This document shows positions 54,484 through 64,000 of a DNA stretch of 64,000 nt, piece by piece. How positions within the stretch are numbered: the stretch's first letter is position 1; each line of letters opens with the position of its first letter. A program made the position numbers and the translations under genes. This DNA comes from Chrysomallon squamiferum (taxonomy: Eukaryota; Animalia; Mollusca). Under the pieces are notes generated by a model, which had not been told where the DNA came from, did no database searches, and saw only the letters and a program-made list of their open reading frames with translations. The DNA lies in contig CM022671.1 of NCBI GenBank assembly GCA_012295275.1, positions 17,794,001-17,858,000 on the forward strand. Reading direction: 5' to 3'.

Positions 54484-56325
54484 CTACAAAGACTCGATAC
54501 ATTCCAGGACTTCTGGTTTCAGGAAGACACCTTTCTCCGTCCTACCCTGCTCAGCAGCAATCTCTTTCATAATAGTAGGATCCCATGAAAAATTCACAAC
54601 CGCTGCTGGAGCAAGACCCAGTTCTGCAAAGGTCATGTCCTCTTCAATTAACTTCTGTCCTGTTGAGGTGACCAGCTGAAACGGCATCCACTCGTTAACA
54701 AGATTCTCTCTCACATAATTATAAAGCTCAGCTAGCTTTTCCTGAGCTTTAAATGTTCCCTGGAGAATGACTCCATCGGGGAATTTCACTCTAAGAAGTG
54801 TGAACCGATACTTGCGGAGCTCACGTTTTTCATCTCTTTCTCGCATTGCCTTTGTACGCAGCATTCCCAGTTTCTCAACAGCCTCTATCCTCCGCTGCTG
54901 CTCCTTCTTCAGTTCTTCAGGAGAAACGGAATAAAATTCATCAGGAATGTTGAACTTTGAAGCCAGTGTTGTTGGATGAAAAACTTTAAGAGATCGGTCA
55001 AGCTGTGGCCTAATTGGCTCAGCTGCTTTTAAAACTTCCTTGATGTTTTCCAAACGTTCAGTATTCTTTGCTTCTTCTTCATCTAGGATATAAAATGCTT
55101 CTTCGTGGTCATCCACAGGTAAATTAGTAACACAAAAACGAGCAGCCTGCATGAACTCTTCCGTTCCTTTCAATGCAGCAACTCTTTCCTGAAATACTTT
55201 ATTATTGATTCGAATCTTGCGGTATTTTTCTTCTTCTGGGTGTGCTATAATGTTATCAAGGTATTTTATCAATGTCTCTATGCAGATTTTCACTTTTTCC
55301 TTATCCTTGTTCAAAGTGTGTATCATCAGTGCTGACGTCATTTCTGGCTCCTCTGCAAGATTAATTAACAAAAATTCCTCTATGTGGCTTTCCAGTTCTG
55401 CCTTAGGCAAAACAACAGGACCAATCTCAGGACACTTATAGAGAATGGCAGATATCACAGGGGAAGCGTCTTCAGTGACAGGTTTGGGTTGTGGACTTTC
55501 TGGCAGTGCTGGTTGTCCCTTTGCAGCTTTTTCGGCCTCAATCTCTCGACGCATTCGAGCCTTGGCAAGAGCAGCTGGGTCAAATTCTGTGTAAATCAAA
55601 TAATTTGATGTTAAATCTCAACTAATTATCTGTTATGACTGTTGTTAGTTAATGCAGTTATAGCAGTCTGAAAGTTTAAATTAACTCATTTAAAAAACCA
55701 AAAAGCAAACAATCTTTTTCTTTAATTTTTGTAATTTCATATCTGTATTCAGAAATGTGAATTAAATTTATACTGTTAATTTGATAAATATGCAGGCTTA
55801 AATGTATCAGGATTTCAATGTACATCACCAGTGCTTTATTTTATTTGAAAAGATTAGTAATTTAACAAGCAACCTGGAAAATATAATTTCAATCTTTTTT
55901 ACTGTGGCAAACTTATAAAAAGAAATCTTAATTTAAAAAAAACAATTTTGTGGGGATTCTTGGATGCTATTAAAAGAATTATTAATTTTTTTAACCAGGA
56001 TGATCTGAAAAATTACTGCATATACTTAAAAGCATGTAAACAATTTGTTCAAGGTCACAACCATCAGAGCATTTTATGTGAAAGTAATCATACCTTTATG
56101 TTGTTGTTGTTGTTGTTCAATTCTAGACAATGCTGCTGCACCTGCACGACGAGCATCTTCAGTTGACACAAATCGTCTTGAAGCAATATCCTGCTGCCCT
56201 GACCATGACTGACCTGTACTACGAGATGGAGGCCTTGCTTCTGTCAGTTTATAACCTTCCCCAGCCTTTTTAAACTTCACATCAAGTTTCTTTTTTTGAA
56301 AAAATCTTTTTATGGCTGCTGCCAT
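54484..56325 (-). CDS. UBXN6: UBX domain-containing protein 6 (UBXD1; p97/VCP cofactor with VIM, PUB and UBX domains), 444 aa. Exons 56094-56325, 54484-55586
   Basis: N-terminal IKRFFQKKKLDVKFKKAGEGYKL; VIM-like AGAAALSR; PUB domain (KYLDNIIAHPEEEKYRKIRINNKVFQERV); LRTKAMRE; UBX domain (LLRVKFPDGVILQGTF..LGLAPAAVVNF). Phase-1 GT-AG intron. Confidence 0.95.
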
Positions 56326-56390
56326 TTTATAATTTTAAATTTTATAACACTTTTTTATTTTAATATTATTATTTATTCTTTTAAATAAAA

Positions 56391-57198
56391 CTAATCACTT
56401 TTTATATGTCCATTTTCAGAGTTTTGGTCCTTAGTTTTTGATGTCTGTTTGCAGAGACCTGAAATAAAAAAATAAAAAATGTATTTTAGAAATGAATTTC
56501 ATGTTAGCAAACATATGTTACACCTTACTGTTACTATATTGTGCAATATGTTTTAAACAGTCTGAATATATAATACTAAAATAAACAAAAATCAATAAAT
56601 AAATAAAAATAGATACACAGTCAGGACAGTGGCATACAAGTATGACTCATAACTATTAGCTGATAATAGTAGAAAATAAAAACAAATTCAAGTAGCAAGC
56701 TGAAGTATCAGTAGCCTTTGGCATTTTGCATTAGTTTACCTCATTTGTCTTATAATAAAGTCACATTATCAATGAAATATATGCATATATATAAACAAGG
56801 CCGTGATCGGTAAATACCAAATAAGTAAATCATTAAATGATAGATGATTAGATCTGAATTTAAATCTCACGTTTATTCGTAATTTTTAATCTTGCCTCGA
56901 TTTCTTAATTAATAAATGCAAAATAAAATTAAACTGCAACACCTTGATAACAGAAGCATCTATAATTACCCTGTGGTATTAATATTTTGCAGACATCGTC
57001 ACCATAATAGCTCCAGACCACATGTAGTAAAAATATATTCAGAATAAGCCAAACTACCAGTACCAGCAGAACTGACAGCTGTGCATCACTATTATGCAGC
57101 TTATCTAAATATTTCAGCAAAAAATTGTTGTAGAATTCAGCTATAAATGTATGTACGATGTTCCTTATATCGCCAAATAAGTCACTAATTTCAATCAT
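56391..57198 (-). CDS. TCTA: TCTA-like small single-pass membrane protein, 98 aa. Exons 56970-57198, 56391-56458
   Basis: MIEISDLFGDIRNIVHTFIAEFYNNFLLKYLDKLHNSDAQLSVLLVLVVWLILNIFLLHVVWSYYGDDVCKILIPQ/GLCKQTSKTKDQNSENGHIKSD*. The hydrophobic core with W..L.....W.YYG..V resembles recalled human TCTA ([24 protein letters not shown]). Donor CAGG|gtaatt at 56970 and acceptor ttttatttcag| at 56458 keep the frame. Confidence 0.72.
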
Positions 57199-57900
57199 AA
57201 CAAATTGTAACAGTTATTAAATGCAAAATAAAAATAACGAAAATTAGTGGACTTCCTGATTCAGGACCGGGGTAAAAAATAGTCTAATGCAAAAAAAATA
57301 TTTACCTTAGGAAATTGAAGTGAAATTAGAAGATACAAGAAAAAAATTATTAATATATTTAGCACAATGCTGCTGAAATTAAATATTAATACTTTTAATT
57401 AAAATATTATTATTTTATTTCATTTTATTTATTTATTTTATATAATTGGAGAAATTCCTCACACCCTAACAACACGGAATTTAACGAATACACATTCTTT
57501 TTACATTTTAATTTATATTTCACTGTTTTATATTATTTGCAAGCGTTTTAATTCATTGGAGTTTCATTTTCATAATCAATAAAAACAATATCTCAATCAT
57601 CATTATTAACAAAATATTAAAATAAGTTAATTCGAGATTTAAAGAATTCGTGAATAACCGGTGGTTCTAGGTTTTAGTCCCAAGCCAATATGGCGGCTCC
57701 CGAGATTTTGTAAATTATCATTTCCATGTAAACAAAAGACACTGGTGTAAAGTGTTTGCATGCGATATATGCTGGTTCGGTTATGCAGTTATGACATAAT
57801 ATTCTTATGATCGACTTTGTCTGTTACATATTTCTGGAGTGAAGTCAGTTTATATTTTGTATTATATGTTTACTAGTGTAAATGTAAATTGTAATTTAAA
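57199..57900. promoter_or_regulatory. Divergent promoter region between TCTA-UBXN6 and the ACP7-like gene
   Basis: ETS core ACTTCCTG overlapping the palindrome TCCTGA-T-TCAGGA (57251-57266). CCAAT plus YY1-like ATGGCGGC at 57685-57697. Confidence 0.6.
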
Positions 57901-59511
57901 ATGGAATGCAAATCATCTTGTTTCATTATAATACAAATTCTATCTTTGTCATTTTATCAAAGTACAGCTTTGGAAAATGAAAAATCCCGTAGAATTAAAT
58001 GGAAAGTTAAACAAGAATTCATGTATATTAGCGATCCGGAACAAATCCATATAACATTTGGCGACAGAATTAATGACATCGTTGTCATATGGGCAACCAG
58101 AGCTGTGGCCAAAACACCTTTTGTACAGTACGGCACGACATCTGATGATATTTTACATGCACGTGCAGAGACCGTCCAGTTAGAAACTAGTAATGAAAAT
58201 GGTGCAAAATATTGGCATCGCGCCGTTTTACCAAATTTGCGTTTTGGTGAAAAATATTATTACAGAATGACTTCAGAAAAGGGTAGTACTGACAGTGAGG
58301 TTTATAGTTTTACTGTCCCCATTGTGCCGAGAGGAACAGTTAATTCCTTCATGATTTTAGCTGACATGGGATTGCAAACAAAATGGCTGGAATTTCTTTT
58401 ATACGAGGCCAAAGATCATGATTATAAAGCCGTATTTCACATTGGAGATATTACAGAAGGATTACACAGAAATCATGGAAAAGTTGGAGAAACGTTTTTG
58501 AACGGAATTCAAAAATTAACAGTGTCCATTCCATATTTAACATGCCCGGGAGACCATGAAAAGTTCAACGACTTCTTACATTACAGATACAAATTTTCAA
58601 TGCCCCATACACCTTGGCCAATGCCGAGGAATCATTTATGGTATAGCTTTGACTTCGGTCTAGCCCACTTTATATCAATCAACACGGAGGCATTCGTAAC
58701 TACAAATGATCTTCTTCTTGAACAAATAGCCTGGCTTGAGAAAGATTTGGAAATTACCAACGGTAAAAGAATGGAACATCCATGGATAATTATTTTAGGT
58801 CATAGACCTTTGTATTCATCATGTCACGAAGAGGACGCAAAATGCAACGCAAGTAGTTTGTCTGTTCGACGATATCTTGACGACATACTGTTTAAGTATG
58901 GAGTAGACTTGTACATAGGCGGCCATGATCACCACTATGAACGAACGTTTCCAGTTTACAATTCCCTTCCTTTTGGTTACAATTATAAAAATGCGATGGC
59001 AACTGTCCACTTGACCATTGGTTCTATGGGTGCCAATGTGCACAAGTCAAAATTCCACTCTTTGAAAAAGTCCTGGTCGGCTTTCATTTACAGACAACTC
59101 GACAAAGAATTATATGGACGTCTTGACGTCATCAACGCTTCCCATCTTCTCTGGGAAGTATTTAATGCCAATAACAACGCCAGAGTGGATCGAACATACA
59201 TGATTCAGTGGCGACATGGATCGTTTGGGGAGCCAGGCAAAGAGGCATACCAGTTGTCTATGGAGAGAAAAAAAATACCTCTTCGACCACCCATTCCGTT
59301 TGGTTACGAATCAAAACGCCAGAGAGATCTGAAGAGTCAGGGGTATTTAGGTCCAGCAAATAACATGCTTATATCCAGCGGTGCCAGTGGGAGAAACATG
59401 ATCCTGTCTGTGATTACAATTGTCGTATTCATTCTGCTTGTTGTATTTTTTTCTCGAAGAATGAAAAAGAAACTACTGTCCTGTTGTACTTTATGCACAG
59501 TGCTTAAATGA
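57901..59511 (+). CDS. Intronless ACP7/PAPL-like (purple acid phosphatase family) metallophosphoesterase, 536 aa, with signal peptide and C-terminal TM helix
   Basis: PEQIHI N-terminal FN3-like domain start; motifs ADMG, HIGDITE, TCPGDHE, LWYSFDFGLAHFISINTE, PWIIILGHRPLY, GVDLYIGGHDHHYER; hydrophobic N-terminus; TM ILSVITIVVFILLVVFF followed by RRMKKK. Confidence 0.9.
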   Translation: MECKSSCFIIIQILSLSFYQSTALENEKSRRIKWKVKQEFMYISDPEQIHITFGDRINDIVVIWATRAVAKTPFVQYGTTSDDILHARAETVQLETSNENGAKYWHRAVLPNLRFGEKYYYRMTSEKGSTDSEVYSFTVPIVPRGTVNSFMILADMGLQTKWLEFLLYEAKDHDYKAVFHIGDITEGLHRNHGKVGETFLNGIQKLTVSIPYLTCPGDHEKFNDFLHYRYKFSMPHTPWPMPRNHLWYSFDFGLAHFISINTEAFVTTNDLLLEQIAWLEKDLEITNGKRMEHPWIIILGHRPLYSSCHEEDAKCNASSLSVRRYLDDILFKYGVDLYIGGHDHHYERTFPVYNSLPFGYNYKNAMATVHLTIGSMGANVHKSKFHSLKKSWSAFIYRQLDKELYGRLDVINASHLLWEVFNANNNARVDRTYMIQWRHGSFGEPGKEAYQLSMERKKIPLRPPIPFGYESKRQRDLKSQGYLGPANNMLISSGASGRNMILSVITIVVFILLVVFFSRRMKKKLLSCCTLCTVLK

Positions 59512-61113
59512 TCATTTTATGGGACCACTTAAAATATTTTGTTTATTTCCTTTATTTACATATCAAGTATTGTTTCAGTAACTTTTATAACATTCTTCTA
59601 TTTTTACAAAGAAAAACAATTTTCAATATTCCAGACACGTATATTTTCTGAGTTTTTATTATTGAAGTTTTATTTTTATTGTTTATATATTGTCAAAGGA
59701 ATTCCACGTGTGTATGCAGTTCGCTGAATTTCTCAGTGAAAATGTAAATACGGCTTTAGTGGTATGATACGCTAATCCTAGTACACTGATTTCAAATGGC
59801 TAGCACATTTTAATATGTATTTCTTTTCATATTCCATATAAATGTTGGAGGAAAATATGTGGATATCTAAAAGTTTTCACTACGACAGCGGTCATTTCTT
59901 AGAATTTATATATTGTGGAATATACAGGAATAATTAACATTAGTTAATGTCAGCGTAATGTGTTTCAAATAATGAACTTTACCTGACATATTTGAATTAA
60001 TATTTACATTAACCGATGAACATTAAACTGGAATTTGCATTAATTTCTTATAATTTTTCTAGAACAGAAATACAGTAATAATTTTTTTACTGACAAACAA
60101 TAATTCATGTATTTTTTATAAATGTGTGCATATGTGTGTTTGTCTGTATGAGTGTGTGTGTGTGCATGTGTCTTTTTTTTTTACATATTATTGAACCTAA
60201 TATAATTATATATTTCCATTTAATAAAACTGTTTAAATTTTATTATAGTTGCATTATTTATTTTAAATAATTCTGTTACGAAAAAAGCAGTAAACAAAGG
60301 CAATTTCCGTAACCGTAAGCAGGGTTGCCGATATAACTAAGCGCAAACACGGTGCGCCAACAAGCCTAGGCTTGGCCCTGAGTTTTTGTAAGCCATTTAT
60401 TTTTTTATTTATTTTGACAGTCAAAATCTTTCAGTAACAAAATCTAGCACATATAATTATCCATTATCATCGGAGGTTCTGTATTACTGAAAATGCACAT
60501 GCCACCATTTCAAATGGTATATATTACACTATTTATTTATTATTTTAAATCGGCAAATATAAATAAATTAAATAAAATAAAAAATCGTTCCTGACTTCTA
60601 ATGCTGGTACTGCTGCCTTACGATGTAATGAATTCTTCTAATAATAATGCTTCCTTTTTATGTGCAGTTATATACAATTATATTTTTATATTGTCTTATT
60701 TTTGTAATTTTCTCATTCCATAATAATTACTGTGTAATTATGAAATTTAATAGTATTAAATAAATGTAACGGGTATTCTGCATAAAACTAAATTTTGTTA
60801 ACAATTTATTAATATTGAGTTTTTATTCAATCATTCCATGTATTTTGTGCGTGTGTGATTTTTATATATATATATTATATATGCAAAACGGAAACCCAGA
60901 TAGTAAATATTTGAGAAAATGGCATTTAAATTTACATTGCATAGTTATACTGAATGATTTTATTGACAGAAAACAATCGTTTTAATGACGAATCTATAAA
61001 GGTAAAATGTGAAAGTGGTCTCTTGCATCCCTGACCGGAAAGATGCGAAAAATATCGAACAAACTTACAAAACTCTTCCGCGTTGTGAAAACAGAAATGT
61101 CTACTGTGGGAAA

Positions 61114-62285
61114 ATGGCTGAATGCAAAGAGGCGGAGCAGTCGAATACATCAGAAACCGAGCAAGCTGAATTTCTTGAAACAGAAGCTCCTGGGGTTACA
61201 GCACAGACTATGTTAATAGCCAGTGACTCTTATGAAAACCTTAATTATGGAGATATATCACTTGACAGTGAACAGATAAGAAGAACGAAAGCAGGTTCCA
61301 TTCACTCTATTGTAAAACAAGGTAAAGAAGAAGCTTCAAACGATGCCAGTGAAGTTTCCACTGGAGAAGAATCGGATCAGAATGAGGTTAATAACAAAAC
61401 TATTATTATTATATATTTTTTTTAAGTCTCTGATTTTTCTTCTGATTTAATCAATCAATAAAATCGACTATCTGACATGCGCATACAAGTAGAATACTGA
61501 AGTACAGTGAACACTGATATTAATTATTATACTCAGAATACTGAATTATGTGAATAGGTAACGATTTAAGCACATCTTCAATCTTGATCATACTTCATAC
61601 TTGTGAATTTACAAGTTTCTTAGTCAAGGATCGAATTATACATTCAGGAGTTTTTCCCAGCGACGTGTTATTTTTGGATATGAGGTGGTACAGAGATGTA
61701 ATGCCAGCACTTAACAAACCTAAGTTCGGCGTCTTAAAGATTAAGTAATCTTGTCAAATTTAAATGGTTACTTTATAGTTTATTAAAATTTATTATATCA
61801 AAATAAGTTTTTATTTCTTCATTAATTTAAACCAGTTGCATGTCATTAAACTGCTATATATTAAAGTTTAACGTAAATTATCCATTGACAGTTATTAAAA
61901 ATAATCCAGACTCTAGTCAGTGATATTCGCCATCACCTACAACTAATCAAACATTTGCTATTTTAACAAAAACTTGTAGTTTTCATAGTTTTCTTTGTAG
62001 GTTAATGCCAAAGACCTCTCGATTAATGTGTCAAAGTTAGCAGTGAAGGACAGTGTGAATCCAGCAGCTATTGTTAACCAGATCTCAATTCCAGATGATG
62101 AGGAACTTAATTATGTTAATAGTTCAGTCTGGCGACAGCACATAAAACATGTTTTTATTCTCAGTGAAGCTGGTAAACCTGTATATTCAAGGTACATATT
62201 TTTTTTAAACTTTACAAAATTGACTATTAATATAAATGTATATACTACAGATAAATCATTTAAACTTGTATATTTACATATATAA

Positions 62286-62361
<76 letters not shown>

Positions 62362-63763
62362 TTCACATCATATAATACAAATACAGCTGAGGATCCCCTT
62401 TCCAAAATTCCGAAATCCAGAACCTTTTCCGATCAGTAGAATACTAGAAATAATAATATCTTTCAGTTTTCAGGGTTTTTTGCATATACAAACTGTATTT
62501 TATGCACAAAATTATTAAAAATATTATTTTAAAAATCCTGGAGACTATCTGTGTCAACTGTATGTGAAAAATAAATGGAATTCATATTTAGACAGATTCT
62601 GTTCTCATGCTATCTCCTTATATTCCAAAATCTCAAACACTTCTGGTTCCAAGCATTTCACATAAAGAATTCTCATCCTGTATATATATTCATGTTTGCA
62701 TTTGGCTATATGTATATTTGCAGTTGTGGATTTCACTGAATGTCACTATGTGTGAGTGTATGTATGTATGTATGTATGAAAGAGAGAAATATATATTTGT
62801 GTGTATATATTAAATGCTTAAATATAAACATTGCTTTTTATATAGTTACATATAATTATTTTATTTTTATAGTTAAATGTTTCTGATATGAGTCATATAA
62901 CTTTTACATGTTTTTAACAGATCATATGACATTGTTTACATTATGCACTTTAGACATGATGGCATTACATTTAAATCTTTCAGCTATGACTTAATTTTAT
63001 ACATTTTGAAAAGGACATTGATTCATTTATATGTTTAGAATATTATTATTTTACTACAGTGCGTAAATGGTCAGCATGATCATTTTAGGAACTTACAGAA
63101 ATGTTAATGAAGATTCTAGTTTATAATTATATTTTTGTAATTCCTAATTTTGCATTTATAGTTGCCTAATCTTATAATTATAGTTGGATAATTATATATT
63201 TAGAATTGCCTAGTTTTATATTTATATTAACATTATTTTATATTTATTTCTTACTTGGTAAGACATACATTATAGCACATTTACTTAATGATGTATTTAC
63301 ACACAGTTTTTAATTCTTTTTTAGGTATGGCAGTGAAGACAAACTTGTAACAATCATGGGGGTTATGCAGGCTCTTGTATCATTTGTTCAGGACGGTAAA
63401 GACAATATTCGTTGCATCATCGCCGGTGATCACAAATTTGTGTTTTTAGTTCGGAGCCCTCTCCTTTTAGTAGGAGTCACTTGTGGCCCAGACTCTGTCC
63501 AACAAATTTTACTACAGCTGTCTTACGTTTACAATCAGGTTCTCAGTGTGCTAACAGCCAATGCCCTGGATAACATATTTAAACAGAGGAGAAATTACGA
63601 CTTGCGTAGACTGCTGACAGGGGCAGAAAAATTCTTTGATAACTTATTAAACTTGATAGACAGCGAGCCAGGATTCTTGTTAGGAGCTGTGAGGTGTTTG
63701 CCATTAGACAGTTCAGTGAGAGAAATAATTGCTCAAAGTATAGTACAGCATGGAAAAGTTAAG
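61114..63763 (+). CDS. MON1: Vacuolar fusion protein MON1 homolog (Rab7 GEF subunit), 5' part. Exons 61114-61386, 62001-62191, 63325-63763 (continues beyond the right edge)
   Basis: WRQHIKHVFILSEAGKPVYSR/YGSEDKLVTIMGVMQALVSFVQ..HKFVFLVRSPLLLV..QVLSVLT..NYDLRRLL..AVRCLPL. Acidic disordered N-terminus. GT-AG phases are consistent. Confidence 0.95.
62287..62358. repeat. (AT)n(AG)n compound microsatellite
   Basis: Direct reading. Confidence 0.95.
62384..62680. mobile_element. Tigger-type MITE (MER46/Tigger4-like ends) in MON1 intron 2
   Basis: TA on both sides. Left end CAGCTGAGGATCCCCTTTCCAAAATTCCGAAATCC; right end reverse complement CAGGATGAGAATTCTTTATGTGAAATGCTTGGAACCAGAAGTG. Both resemble recalled MER46-type termini. 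Confidence 0.65.
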
Positions 63764-64000
63764 GTAAGATATTTTTGCAAGAATTTTTGATTTTTGAATG
63801 TATTTTTTAAAACGTTTTTGACTGAAGACATTTTTAGTAGTTAGCTTTAATAATATTTGGTATTGTATCTATAGCCAAATGATATTCTTAAATCTTGTTT
63901 TTGTGTGCTCTAGATTTTATCATTTATATAATTACATGTAAAGGATTTGCTTTTCTTCTTTACATTTATTTGTTTAGTATGTTAATAAGTTACCAGAGAT

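Noticed and set aside
51199-55608. Antisense and alternative-frame ORFs over GLYCTK and UBXN6
   Set aside because: Shadow ORFs of real coding exons with no independent motifs.
60320-60381. CAGGG...CCCTG GC-rich patch as a hAT MITE
   Set aside because: The inverted match is only 5 bp and there is no 8-bp target-site duplication.

Overview
AT-rich, microsatellite-rich, intron-containing animal genomic DNA, not prokaryotic. Degenerate Nin-domain-like SINE and RTE-like fragments suggest a mollusc (inference). Manual GT-AG splice reconstruction gives eight protein-coding genes: ST7 (-, exons 1-3, runs off the left edge); a PPM1H/J/M-type PP2C phosphatase (+, 11 exons, one-base frameshift in exon 1); WDR82 (-, 9 exons); GLYCTK (+, 5 exons, head-to-head with WDR82); UBXN6 (-, 2 coding exons); a 98-aa TCTA-like membrane protein (-); an intronless ACP7/PAPL-like metallophosphoesterase (+); and MON1 (+, runs off the right edge). 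The window also holds two Tigger/pogo-type non-autonomous elements, a 2.7-kb 38/40-bp minisatellite and two degenerate ~140-150-bp satellites. Top leads: (1) the TCTA-like ORF splices into the same exon that carries the UBXN6 start codon and stops 65 nt upstream of it, a candidate bicistronic or splice-switched TCTA-UBXN6 unit; (2) the ACP7-like enzyme has lost the purple-acid-phosphatase Tyr and Asn metal ligands and has a C-terminal transmembrane helix; (3) PPM1-WDR82-GLYCTK order and orientation match human 3p21; (4) the PP2C frameshift. Family assignments come from recalled sequence similarity; no database search was run.
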